In this document: positions 16,900-26,429 of the stretch, piece by piece
Position numbering within the stretch: the stretch's first letter is position 1
Layout of the letters: every line of letters begins with the position of its first letter
NCBI GenBank assembly: GCA_964443385.1
Contig: CAYUCO010000045.1
Coordinates: 1 to 58,312 of the forward strand
DNA: 58,312 nt
Direction of reading: 5' to 3'
DNA from: an uncultured Dehalococcoidia bacterium
Lineage (GTDB): Bacteria; Chloroflexota; Dehalococcoidia; Lucifugimonadales; UBA2985
The notes under the pieces: model-generated
Seen by the model: the letters and a program-made list of their open reading frames with translations, nothing else
What the model was told of the DNA's origin: nothing
The model's database searches: none
Made by a program: the position numbers and the translations under genes

Positions 16900-18177
16900 A
16901 TGGCTAAACAACTGCCCTTGGAAGGTGTAAGAGTGGTGGACTTCACACATATAGTGGCTGGGCCTCAATGCACTCGTATATTAGCAGACCTGGGAGCTCA
17001 GGTTATTAAAGTCGAGCATAGTCAGGCTATGGACGTGGTAAGAAGTGCAGGAGGTGCAGGAGGTGGTATTCAGGGAGAGGCTGAGCCGTACAACCGCAGC
17101 GGGATGTTTGAATACTTTAACCGAAACAAACTTGGTATTAATGTTAATGTTTTGATGCCAGCTGGATTGGATGTGATTAAGAAATTGATCTCCGTATCCG
17201 ATATAGTTATAGAAAACTTTAGCTCGAGAGTATTGGAACGATGGGGTTTATCATACGAAGAGCAATGTGAGGTAAAGTCCGACATAATTTATGCTAGTAT
17301 CACTGGATTTGGCCACATAGGAAGATATAGAGATTACAGTACCTGGGGGCCTACGGCCCAAGCCCTGTCTGGATTGACATATATGTCTGGATTGCCTGGG
17401 GAAAGACCTGCTGGCTGGGGATATAGTTTTTTGGATCATACTGCAGGTTACAACGCAGCGATTGCCATTTTGATGGCTTTACATCATAAAAACAGGACTG
17501 GTGAAGGTCAGTGGTTGGATCTATCTCAGGTCGAGTCAGGCATGGTGCTTACTGGGCCAGCTGTATTGGATTATACGACAAATGGCAGACCGTATCGAAG
17601 GGAAGGGAATCCACCAGGGAACCGTTCTAATAATCCCAAGGTGGCTCCTCACAACACATATAGATGTGCTGGGGAAGATGAAATAGTGGATGGGAAACCG
17701 AGACAGAGATGGTGTGCCATATCCATATTTAATGAAGAGGAATGGGAAAGATTTTGTGTTGCCATTGGTTCTCCTGAATGGACCAAAGACTTAAAATTTG
17801 CTACTAATGCCGATCGCGTCAAAAACGAAGACGAATTGGATAAACTTATAGAATCATGGACTTCCGATAAAATGCCTCATGAGGTCATGTATAGACTACA
17901 GAATGCTGGAGTAGCTGCAGGAGCAGTGCAAACTAATGAAGACAAGATAGTTAGAGACCCTCAACTGAGATCCCGTGAATTTATACAGAGAATCCAGCAC
18001 AGATCTGTGGATGAAATTTATGAAACTGATAGCTTGCCAATCAAATTTTCAGAAACTGAATCCCGGATACGACAGGGATCCCCACCGCTTGGAGCGGATG
18101 CGGACTACATTCTGACTGAAATACTAGGGATGACAGCGGATGAGATAGCTGATTTATCCGAACAAGCTGCATTTTAG
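16900..18177 (+). CDS. Family III CoA-transferase (CaiB/BaiF/Frc family)
   Basis: Track ORF 16876..18177. GGAGG at 16890-16894 is 5 nt before ATG 16900. N-terminal motif LEGVRVVDFTHIVAGPQCTRILADLGAQVIKVE. Asp-containing block FLDHTAGYNAA. Confidence 0.9.
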   Translation: MAKQLPLEGVRVVDFTHIVAGPQCTRILADLGAQVIKVEHSQAMDVVRSAGGAGGGIQGEAEPYNRSGMFEYFNRNKLGINVNVLMPAGLDVIKKLISVSDIVIENFSSRVLERWGLSYEEQCEVKSDIIYASITGFGHIGRYRDYSTWGPTAQALSGLTYMSGLPGERPAGWGYSFLDHTAGYNAAIAILMALHHKNRTGEGQWLDLSQVESGMVLTGPAVLDYTTNGRPYRREGNPPGNRSNNPKVAPHNTYRCAGEDEIVDGKPRQRWCAISIFNEEEWERFCVAIGSPEWTKDLKFATNADRVKNEDELDKLIESWTSDKMPHEVMYRLQNAGVAAGAVQTNEDKIVRDPQLRSREFIQRIQHRSVDEIYETDSLPIKFSETESRIRQGSPPLGADADYILTEILGMTADEIADLSEQAAF

Positions 18178-18205
18178 TAAAAAATATTCGTTACAGGAGT
18201 TAGTT

Positions 18206-19483
18206 ATGGTTTTTGCAAATAACCCTCAAGAACAGAGCCTAGCTTTAGGTGATATGCTTGTATTGGATCTGACAGACGAAAAGGGTATGTATATGGGTAA
18301 AATGTTGGCTGACATGGGCGCTCGGGTAATAGTTGTAGAGCCACCAGAGGGGCATCCTGCGAGAGCCATAGGACCATTTTACCAAGATGATCCAAATAGC
18401 AATAATAGTTTGCTATTCTGGTACAACAACACCAACAAAGAAAGCGTAACTATAGATATAACTACGACTAAAGGATCGGAATTGTTGAAGGATCTAGTTA
18501 AGCGAGCAGATGTTGTCTTAGAATCATACAAACCTGGATATTTAGATTCGTTAGGTATTGGTTATGAGGTTTTATCGTCTATAAACCCAAAATTAGTGAT
18601 GACATCGCTAACTCCGTTTGGACAAACTGGTCCATATAGGGATCTGAATTCATCTGATCTGATAAACATGGCTATGGGTGGACCTATGGCTAGTTCAGGT
18701 TATGATCATCTGTCAGATGCCCCTCCGATGAGATGTGATGGTTGGATAGGTTATGCTACAGGATGTAACTTTGGGGTTATAGGAACAATGACAGCCGTAC
18801 TGCATAGGGATTGGACAGGTAAGGGGCAGTGGGTGGATGTTTCTATACACGAGTCATTGTCTTGTACAACCGAAGCAGCAATGCCCAATTGGTTTTATGA
18901 TAGAAAAGTACCTATGCGACAGACTGGCAGACATCATGGGCTTGCGCCAACTCCTTCAAGTCAGTTTATAACTGCCGATGGCAAATTGATAAATGGATTT
19001 GATATACCTCCTAGATCTTTAGATCGTTGGAATCGATTGGTTGAATGGATGGACGAGAAAGAAATGGCAGAAGGCTTAAAAGACGATAAATACAGAGATT
19101 TGATAAGTCAGGGAGTAAGGCAAGGCCCAGAAATGGATTTCCTTAGAGATAAGATAACAGAGTTTATTGCCAGTCAGCCTGCTGAGGAAATATATCATGG
19201 TGCTCAAAAAATTCGTCTTGCATGGGCCGTCATAAGATCCCCAGAAGAAAACTTGGAAGATGAACACTTCACGGACGACAGGGACTTTTTCGCACGTGTT
19301 GAGCATTCAGAACATGGGAAGTCTTTTACCTATCCTGGGCATCCGGCTATATTTAGTAAAACACCATGGTCTATTCGGAGAAGAGCCCCTTTGTTAGGTG
19401 AGGATAATGACAATATATTTAAAAATATGCTTGGTCTTACATCTGAAGACATAGTGATTCTACGGGAGAGTAAAGTCGTATAA
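18206..19483 (+). CDS. Family III CoA-transferase paralog
   Basis: 425 aa. AGGAG lies 6 nt before the ATG. N-terminal motif LGDMLVLDLTDEKGMYMGKMLADMGARVIVVEPP. Confidence 0.85.
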   Translation: MVFANNPQEQSLALGDMLVLDLTDEKGMYMGKMLADMGARVIVVEPPEGHPARAIGPFYQDDPNSNNSLLFWYNNTNKESVTIDITTTKGSELLKDLVKRADVVLESYKPGYLDSLGIGYEVLSSINPKLVMTSLTPFGQTGPYRDLNSSDLINMAMGGPMASSGYDHLSDAPPMRCDGWIGYATGCNFGVIGTMTAVLHRDWTGKGQWVDVSIHESLSCTTEAAMPNWFYDRKVPMRQTGRHHGLAPTPSSQFITADGKLINGFDIPPRSLDRWNRLVEWMDEKEMAEGLKDDKYRDLISQGVRQGPEMDFLRDKITEFIASQPAEEIYHGAQKIRLAWAVIRSPEENLEDEHFTDDRDFFARVEHSEHGKSFTYPGHPAIFSKTPWSIRRRAPLLGEDNDNIFKNMLGLTSEDIVILRESKVV

Positions 19484-19486
19484 GGT

Positions 19487-19837
19487 TCAGTTTTCTCTAA
19501 GATAGGAATCCGACCCATCTAACCAATCGGTTCTGATTGGACTGAATGTGTCTATCTCGGATGTTTCTTCTATTGCTTCTGCGCTATGCTCTACGTTGGA
19601 TGGTATAACAAGCGTTTCACCGGAACTCACGGTTATCTGTTGACCATTAATCACGAATAATAATTTTCCTTCTAATACATTTGTGACCTGTTCGCTCTCA
19701 TGGACATGCGATGGCACCTTTGATCCTTTAGGGAAATACATCTTGCCTAACATAACTTTTTCACCAGTAACTATTTTTCTTCTTATTCCACCTATTAGCC
19801 TGTCTTCCGGGATTTCATTCCAGTTAACTGATTCCAT
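19487..19837 (-). CDS. Cupin domain protein
   Basis: 116 aa. Cupin motifs GSKVPSHVHESEQVTNVLEG and GETLVIPSNVEHSAEA. Confidence 0.8.
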   Translation of the reverse strand: MESVNWNEIPEDRLIGGIRRKIVTGEKVMLGKMYFPKGSKVPSHVHESEQVTNVLEGKLLFVINGQQITVSSGETLVIPSNVEHSAEAIEETSEIDTFSPIRTDWLDGSDSYLREN

Positions 19838-19877
19838 GATTAAAGATCCTTCCTAAATGTTTTGACTTTTGGTAGAA

Positions 19878-21005
19878 CTAGTGGGTATGAGCTAAACCGC
19901 TATTCTTACCAGATAAAACAGATGATATTTCATCAGTATATTCCGGGAATTTTTCAGCACATGCTCGCACTAAACCGAACGGGCCAGCAAGCATCATGGA
20001 TCCATGTGGCGTGGCAAAATATGGGTTAAGTTTTGAATCGGACAAAAGGCTTCTCATCGGTCCTATTACGCTAACAAAACTCATTTTTTCATGTCCACAG
20101 ACGACTATTGCTCCATGACCCTGTTCTTTCCAAACTATTTCTCCATCTATATTGCCGGTTACTAAATTCTCTAGATGAACTTCTAATTGTTCTTTAGACA
20201 ACATATGCGTGTGGTGTTCGAAAACGCCGAGTATTTTATCATCATGCAGATGAAATGCTAGAGTGTGTTCATTGCCTATATTCGTCACTATTTTGCAATC
20301 AGCCGCCCTTACTATAGGGTCCTCTAGGGATCCCAGAACAGCTGCTTCAGCCGTATCCATTAGCAGAAGATTGGTGTTGGATGAATAGGTTTCTGATACA
20401 GCTTTCATTCTGGTTAAATAATCAGGGATTTCATTGTCAAGATATACGAATGATTCGAAGCCTGGCTTCTTAGAGGTAATTTGTGTTAAAAGATGATCAA
20501 ATCTGAACTTCCTATCGCTATAACCAGGAGGGGCGTTGCCATGATCAAAAACAGCTGCTGCCATAATATCCCAGTTGGGATCAACGTCGAAACTCATTAA
20601 AGCCGTAGTCACCGTGTCGATGTCTAAGTCACCTAAGATTATATTTGTTCCTGTTTTTTTCTTTATCTCATCTTCCGAAAGGATTGTTACACCCATTTGT
20701 TCAACCATTTTTAGATCGTCATCAAATGTAGTGGCAGCCTCTGGTGTGGAATATACCGTAAACCCTGATGAAATATGATCTTTGATCGCAGATGTAACTG
20801 GTCCTCCTCCCATGTTTGTCCCTGTAAGTTTTATATTCTGGCTGTTTTGAGTGGCTGACTTTACCTTTTTACTAGCAATTACAGTTGGTGCCGGCATCAC
20901 CATTTGTATTGCATTCTCTATATTATCGTTGGTATCTAAGAGAAGTATGTCTTGTGTTCCTGTGCCTATGTCTATTGCTAATATTTTCATAGTATAGTTT
21001 TCCAC
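19878..21005 (-). CDS. ASKHA (actin-like ATPase) superfamily protein, COG4012/DUF1786-like
   Basis: 375 aa. The phosphate-1-like N-terminus MKILAIDIGTGTQDILLLD matches my recollection of DUF1786. The start could be GTG 21005 or ATG 20990. Confidence 0.5.
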   Translation of the reverse strand: MENYTMKILAIDIGTGTQDILLLDTNDNIENAIQMVMPAPTVIASKKVKSATQNSQNIKLTGTNMGGGPVTSAIKDHISSGFTVYSTPEAATTFDDDLKMVEQMGVTILSEDEIKKKTGTNIILGDLDIDTVTTALMSFDVDPNWDIMAAAVFDHGNAPPGYSDRKFRFDHLLTQITSKKPGFESFVYLDNEIPDYLTRMKAVSETYSSNTNLLLMDTAEAAVLGSLEDPIVRAADCKIVTNIGNEHTLAFHLHDDKILGVFEHHTHMLSKEQLEVHLENLVTGNIDGEIVWKEQGHGAIVVCGHEKMSFVSVIGPMRSLLSDSKLNPYFATPHGSMMLAGPFGLVRACAEKFPEYTDEISSVLSGKNSGLAHTH

Positions 21006-21055
21006 ATTTTCATGAGAAAAAGTAGGTTCAGGTATTTTACATTGAAACAGGCCTT

Positions 21056-21613
21056 ATGGTCTATATTACCTTGATTCTAATATCGTGTTATATTGCCATG
21101 ACAATGGAAGATCTGAATATATATTGTGAGAATTGTGGCCATTGTTTGGTGCTCAAACAAATAGATGGTGTGTATAGACCCATTTGTGAAAAATGTGGGC
21201 ATATCAGATATTATGATCCGAAAGTCGTTGTCGTTGTCGTCTTAGAGAAGGATGAAAAGATTCTAATGGTAAAAAGAGCGATTCCTCCATTTATTGGGTT
21301 GTGGAGTATCCCTGGTGGTTATGTGGACAGAGGTGAAATAGTTGAGAATGCCGGTATAAGAGAAATATCAGAAGAAACAACACTAGATGTAGATATTGAT
21401 AGATTGATAGGTGTATTTTCTGAGTCAGATCATCCTGTGATAGTGATTGCTTACGCTGGGGCTATAAAAGATGGTAATCCTTTGCCTGGTCCGGAGGTAT
21501 CAGCGGTTGAATTCTTTTCAATAAGTGATCTTCCTGATCTAGCCTTTGATAGGGATAAATTGATACTTGAAGCATGGAAAAATGGTGTAGGAACTGATCA
21601 AAACAAGGAGTGA
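21056..21613 (+). CDS. NUDIX hydrolase with N-terminal zinc ribbon
   Basis: Nudix box GGYVDRGEIVENAGIREISEETTL. Zinc ribbon CENCGH...CEKCGH. Start uncertain (ATG 21056, 21098 or 21104, none with a clear SD). Confidence 0.8.
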   Translation: MVYITLILISCYIAMTMEDLNIYCENCGHCLVLKQIDGVYRPICEKCGHIRYYDPKVVVVVVLEKDEKILMVKRAIPPFIGLWSIPGGYVDRGEIVENAGIREISEETTLDVDIDRLIGVFSESDHPVIVIAYAGAIKDGNPLPGPEVSAVEFFSISDLPDLAFDRDKLILEAWKNGVGTDQNKE

Positions 21614-22171
21614 TTAGTTGCTGAGTAATAGCATGTCGAGCATTTCCTCCAATTTACCTGGTTTTGAAGGTCCAACAAACTTTCCAACTATATAGCCCTG
21701 TTTGTTAATGAAATACTTTTCTGGAATGCCTCTTATTCCATAGTTGACCAGTATTTCGCCCGTACTATCGGTTGCTGTCGGATAATCAATTGAAAATTCC
21801 TCTACAAATGCCATCGCTCTGTCGTATTGATCCCAAACATCTATTCCAATGAATTCCAATGGTTGATCGGAATATTTGTTGTACACTCTTGCTATGTCTG
21901 GGGCTTCCTCTCTACAAGGAGGGCACCATGACGCCCAAAATTCTATCATTACCACTTTGCCTCTTAAATCCGAGAGCCTGAGTGTATCACCAAGCAAGGT
22001 GGTAATTTCAAAATCCGGTGCTAATTTGGGCTGTACCATAACTTCGCCGAATTCAGAGTTGACTCCAGCTCCAGCCGGCACATTTTCTGTTTTCACCAAT
22101 GCTATAGACAGTAAAATGAAAAACGCCAGAATAATTATCAGGGCAGATCCGAATATTATATATTTGCTCAT
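21614..22171 (-). CDS. TlpA/ResA/CcmG-like membrane-anchored thiol:disulfide oxidoreductase
   Basis: 185 aa. N-terminal TM helix and thioredoxin motif WASWCPPCREE. Lies downstream of the ccm genes. Confidence 0.85.
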   Translation of the reverse strand: MSKYIIFGSALIIILAFFILLSIALVKTENVPAGAGVNSEFGEVMVQPKLAPDFEITTLLGDTLRLSDLRGKVVMIEFWASWCPPCREEAPDIARVYNKYSDQPLEFIGIDVWDQYDRAMAFVEEFSIDYPTATDSTGEILVNYGIRGIPEKYFINKQGYIVGKFVGPSKPGKLEEMLDMLLLSN

Positions 22172-22222
22172 TGTATATAAACGTTAGAATTACAGATCGG
22201 TTTTACCAGTATCAGTTACGGT

Positions 22223-23446
22223 TTACAGACTGCCTTTCTCTTGGGATGACTCATGCGAAGATAATTGTTCTAGAAATTGTCTTCTTGTTTCAATATATTG
22301 ATCGTGAGAGATTGCTCCACGTGACAGTTGTTCTTCCAAATGCGCAATTGAATCTAACAAATCCTCTTGGTTTTTGCGCTGCAATTCTGTTGGGAGCCCA
22401 TTCTTGCTTCTCCGTAATTGATATACAACAGATAGGAAAAACAAAGCAAGTATTGTTGCCATTGCGGTGGGTGCTAGCCATTTGCTTAAAGAACCGCTTT
22501 TGAGACCCTTCTGTATTTTTTGCAGTAAGCTTGGTTGTGGCAAATTGTAAAAGAGCACATCTACTTTAGTGCCTGCTAGTAAGTTAGATATTTCCTTGCC
22601 ATTGTATTCTTTTTCTCCTAAAGTAATATCTTGCATTGTTGTTAGTCCATCGGCTGTAACGAGCCCAATGTTTCTTGGAATCAATATTTTGAAGCTATTA
22701 GCCCCAATTGGCAGGGACTGTTGAAACGAGAAGTTTCCGTTCGTATAAGGGGACGTGAAGGTATATGCCAATTCATGTTTGCCAGGAGGTATGGGGGTGG
22801 TTATTGCGAATCCTAGTCCAACCTGTAATATCTGCCCACCTCTTAAGCTGCTTTGGACATCTAAGTCTATTACATCTTCCGGCAGCGAAAATCTCAAGAA
22901 TTCCATCTTTGATGCTTCTGCCATATTGGGTATAAAGGTTAGGGACCCAGAATTTTCCAGTTCGACTAATCCGAGAGTTTGTATCTGTTCTGTTGCGGTG
23001 TCTGTCCCTGTAATTACTAGAGTGTGTGAAATTATAGATATGCTTTGGAAGTTAGTATTTGAAGAGTCGTATATTTGTATTACCACTGAATCGGTCTTTA
23101 TCGGGTAGTCGCTCTCGTATTTGTAAGTCACGCCATCATGTTCTACAGTTATAATGTAACCGAACCCAATACCACCAGGGACTTCGTCGAAGTTAAATGA
23201 TCCATCAACATTAGTGTTAGTAATGAGAGTGTCAATATTTTCTCCCAATTTAAAAACATTCAGGACGATATCTAAATTATCTGATTCGTTGGCATTGGAA
23301 GATTGGTTTTCAATAAAGCCGCTTATAGGAATGACTATCGGTTCTTGAGCATAAGACGTGTGACTTATGCAAAAAAATAGTACTAGCGAGAAGGCATTGA
23401 TGAACAGATAACGTTTGTACAATCGTAGTTGCCAGATGACTGTCAC
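22223..23446 (-). CDS. Hypothetical exported beta-rich protein with C-terminal TM helix and CcmI-like cytoplasmic tail
   Basis: 407 aa with a GTG start overlapping the upstream stop (GTGA). Signal-like N-terminus ends ...SYAQE. TM helix WLAPTAMATILALFFLSVVY is followed by LEEQLSRGAISHDQYIETRRQFLEQL. Confidence 0.45.
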   Translation of the reverse strand: MTVIWQLRLYKRYLFINAFSLVLFFCISHTSYAQEPIVIPISGFIENQSSNANESDNLDIVLNVFKLGENIDTLITNTNVDGSFNFDEVPGGIGFGYIITVEHDGVTYKYESDYPIKTDSVVIQIYDSSNTNFQSISIISHTLVITGTDTATEQIQTLGLVELENSGSLTFIPNMAEASKMEFLRFSLPEDVIDLDVQSSLRGGQILQVGLGFAITTPIPPGKHELAYTFTSPYTNGNFSFQQSLPIGANSFKILIPRNIGLVTADGLTTMQDITLGEKEYNGKEISNLLAGTKVDVLFYNLPQPSLLQKIQKGLKSGSLSKWLAPTAMATILALFFLSVVYQLRRSKNGLPTELQRKNQEDLLDSIAHLEEQLSRGAISHDQYIETRRQFLEQLSSHESSQEKGSL

Positions 23447-23808
23447 AGTTTTCTTTCCTGATCAATTTCAACTGGCTCGGTTTTTGGTTCTGAAATCTCT
23501 TGGTTAATTTCGCCTATGACTCTTTCTCGATTTGATATTAGATCGTCTCTTTGTTTCAGCAAAATAGCTGTTTCTAGTTTGCTGTCCGATATCATGTTTT
23601 CAAATTGTTCGTCATTAATGTTTCCGGCGTCATGATCTGACATAAGAGTTTCTATTTCTCGGTAACTTGTTTCTATTCGCCTTTCGATATTTCGTATTTC
23701 CTCCAATATGCTTAGAGTAGCGAATGATGTGTGCCTAAGTTTCAACAATGGTAACAATATGAATGATATTGTTGCCAGAGATATCAATATTATTACAAGG
23801 TTTATCAT
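23443..23808 (-). CDS. Small membrane protein resembling the N-terminal module of CcmI/CycH
   Basis: 121 aa. One TM helix (LVIILISLATISFILLPLL) is followed by YREIETLMSDHDAGNINDEQFENMISDSKLETAILLKQ. No TPR region. Confidence 0.45.
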   Translation of the reverse strand: MINLVIILISLATISFILLPLLKLRHTSFATLSILEEIRNIERRIETSYREIETLMSDHDAGNINDEQFENMISDSKLETAILLKQRDDLISNRERVIGEINQEISEPKTEPVEIDQERKL

Positions 23809-23829
23809 TATTATTTAAACAAGGGCCAA

Positions 23830-25785
23830 TTATGTGAAGTCAGAATTATCTATTCTTCTCTTTTCAGGCCACAATGTGATTAGCACCGCTAGAATTAAAA
23901 CGGGACCAGCTATCCACATCCATATAACCAAGGGGTTTATAAGTACCCTAAAGATCGCGTTACCATCTTCCAGCACCTCGCCAGGTATAATGTATAGGTC
24001 TTCTATAAATGTACTCCTGATTGCTGCTTGAGTGGAAGCCATGTTGAAGTTCGGGTAGAAATCTCTACGTGGGAAATATGTGCCTAGAAATTCACCGTTT
24101 TTCATAACTCGTATTTCAGCTTTTGTTTGAGTTCTGTCCGGATTTTTAATATTTTCGAACCCCACATACTCTATCGTATATTCCTCCAAGGAAAATTTTT
24201 CTCCAGGAACCATTGGGACATCCTCTTGTACACCATAGAATGAAGATCCAGCCACTCCTAAACATAAAAATATTACAGCTAAATGAGCCACATAGCCCCC
24301 ATATCTGGGTTTATTTCCAGCAATAAGCCTGGTGAATGCCGTTATCGTATTTTCACCTCTTTTACGTCTTACCAAAGTTCCTCTAATCCATTCCTTTAAT
24401 ATTCCTGTAATCACGAATGCACACAATGCGAATGCTATCAACGGGAATATTTTGGTAACCCCAGATATAATCAACAATAAAGTCATTGAAGATGCACCAA
24501 GGATGGGTACATATATGGACTTTAATATATTAGCTAAAGTGGTGTGTCTCCATGGCAAGAATGGGGCTATTCCCATCAATAATATGATCATCAAAAATAT
24601 GGGGCCGTTTACTTGATTATAAAATGGTTGTCCTACAGTTATAGTTTGACCTTGAGTTAGTTCTGATATTAAAGGATATATGACTCCCCAAAGTGTCACA
24701 AACGCAACAGTCAAAAATAGCAAGTTATTAACAAGAAAAGACGCCTCTCTGGATAATGCGGATTCTAATTTACTTGAGCTCTTCATTGCATTGTATCTGA
24801 TGAAGAATATAGCGAAGGAAATTAAAACAGTTACTATCATGAACATAAGAAATATCCAGCCTAATGTGGATGCACCGAACGAATGAACTGAAGGTACTGG
24901 CCCACCTCTGTTTATAAACATGCCAAACTGTGCAAAGGCGAATGCTAATATGATCAAGACCATATTCCACATTCTGAACATTCCTCTTCTTTTTTGAACC
25001 ATAATGGAATGTATGAATGCTGTCATTACTATCCAAGGCATAAATCCGGCATTTTCCACTGGATCCCATGCCCAATAACCACCCCAACCTAATATGGTAT
25101 ATGCCCACCATGATCCCAGCAGCAAACCTATACCTAACATCCCCCAGCAGATTATTCCCCATAACCTTCCAGAATCCACCCATTGATCTTCGATCTTTCC
25201 GGCTAACAACGATCCCATTGCTATTGAGAAAGGAACCGAAAATGATATGAGGCCTGTCATTAACACAGGGGGGTGAATGAACATACCAGGATGGGTGAGT
25301 AGGGGATTGATTCCTTTACCGTCAGGCGGGATGGTTTGAGATAATGCAAAAGGATTAGCGAGGAAAATCATTACACCAACGAAGAATATCAGTATTATCA
25401 TCAAAACAGAGTTTATGTGAGGAATGCTGTGTTCATTCTGGCTAGGAGAGAAGAAAATAGCAATTGCTGATAGTACCGCTAAGGCGAAAGCTATGAATAA
25501 TAGGGATCCTTCATTGCCGGCATAAAATGCAACCCAGATATATTGTTTTTCCATCGAGAGGTTACTATGCTCTGCAACGTACTGGATGCCAAAATTATTG
25601 GTTACAAATGCGGTGACTAAACTCGCAGTGCTAATTCCTAATAATATCGGTGTCAAATACGTTGCGTTCAGTCCACTTTTGGTTAATTGATTCGACTTAT
25701 AGTAGTGTCCGGATAAAGATGCCAATATCGAATATAAAGCTATAACCAGAGTCATAATTAATGTGGTGTTACCCAAGCTGGCCAT
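23830..25785 (-). CDS. ccmF: Cytochrome c-type biogenesis protein CcmF (heme lyase)
   Basis: 651 aa polytopic membrane protein with WWD motif GWGGYWAWDPVENA. Confidence 0.92.
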   Translation of the reverse strand: MASLGNTTLIMTLVIALYSILASLSGHYYKSNQLTKSGLNATYLTPILLGISTASLVTAFVTNNFGIQYVAEHSNLSMEKQYIWVAFYAGNEGSLLFIAFALAVLSAIAIFFSPSQNEHSIPHINSVLMIILIFFVGVMIFLANPFALSQTIPPDGKGINPLLTHPGMFIHPPVLMTGLISFSVPFSIAMGSLLAGKIEDQWVDSGRLWGIICWGMLGIGLLLGSWWAYTILGWGGYWAWDPVENAGFMPWIVMTAFIHSIMVQKRRGMFRMWNMVLIILAFAFAQFGMFINRGGPVPSVHSFGASTLGWIFLMFMIVTVLISFAIFFIRYNAMKSSSKLESALSREASFLVNNLLFLTVAFVTLWGVIYPLISELTQGQTITVGQPFYNQVNGPIFLMIILLMGIAPFLPWRHTTLANILKSIYVPILGASSMTLLLIISGVTKIFPLIAFALCAFVITGILKEWIRGTLVRRKRGENTITAFTRLIAGNKPRYGGYVAHLAVIFLCLGVAGSSFYGVQEDVPMVPGEKFSLEEYTIEYVGFENIKNPDRTQTKAEIRVMKNGEFLGTYFPRRDFYPNFNMASTQAAIRSTFIEDLYIIPGEVLEDGNAIFRVLINPLVIWMWIAGPVLILAVLITLWPEKRRIDNSDFT

Positions 25786-25787
25786 AT

Positions 25788-26342
25788 TTATTTCGTCGCC
25801 CTTTCGTCTGCTTTTTGATCTGTAATCTGTGATTTATTGATAGATTTGTCTATAAACCCGTCAACTTTCAAGAGATATTTATCCATGTTATCTGACGCTG
25901 GGTCGTTGAAGTCTTCAAAACTCTTTTTTCTCATAGATACGATTGTTACTACCAAAACTACGGATCCCAAAACCAATCCTATAGGAGGGATTATCCATAT
26001 AAGTAAATATGAGCCTGACTTTGGTGGTTCAGCAAGGATTTGAACACCGTATCTATCTACAAAGTAATTTAGGATATCTTCGGTGTTTTCTCCTTGGTTT
26101 AATTTCTCCCGTATTATTCCCCTCATCTGTTTAGCTATTAGCGTTTGAGATTGATCCAAGGTTTCGCTAGGGCATACTGGGCACATCAATTTACCGTCAA
26201 TGTCTTGGGCTAAGATATTGAGATCTTCTATATTTTCCGTAGTCCGTTGGTTATTGCATCCGCTTACAATTACCAAAACTAGGAACGACAACAGTATTTT
26301 ATATGGAAGCTTAATGGTTGGTCTGTTAATTACTTGGGACAC
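25788..26342 (-). CDS. ccmH: Cytochrome c-type biogenesis protein CcmH (NrfF-like)
   Basis: 184 aa. Lipobox-like LVIVSGC, CxxC motif LMCPVCPSETLDQS, and a downstream TM helix. Confidence 0.85.
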   Translation of the reverse strand: MSQVINRPTIKLPYKILLSFLVLVIVSGCNNQRTTENIEDLNILAQDIDGKLMCPVCPSETLDQSQTLIAKQMRGIIREKLNQGENTEDILNYFVDRYGVQILAEPPKSGSYLLIWIIPPIGLVLGSVVLVVTIVSMRKKSFEDFNDPASDNMDKYLLKVDGFIDKSINKSQITDQKADERATK

Positions 26343-26429
26343 TTTAATGAAGGTTTCTTGATAACATTGTTATGTTTGTGAACAATTATGTAGTCTTTCT
26401 AAAAGTTTATTGTGCGTACTTTCGTTGGG

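Noticed and set aside
17047-17064. Tandem 9-nt repeat GCAGGAGGT twice inside the first CoA-transferase gene (two in-frame AGGAGG motifs)
   Set aside because: There are only two copies, and they encode a Gly/Ala loop (AGGAGG). This is too short to be a meaningful repeat element. A possible SD-like pausing effect is speculative.
22171-22503. 110-aa plus-strand ORF
   Set aside because: It is antisense to the 3' end of the 407-aa ccm-associated gene and has no start context.
24770-25183. 137-aa same-strand alternative-frame ORF inside ccmF
   Set aside because: It is embedded in the conserved WWD region of ccmF. Its composition is typical of an off-frame read, and nothing suggests a frameshift site.
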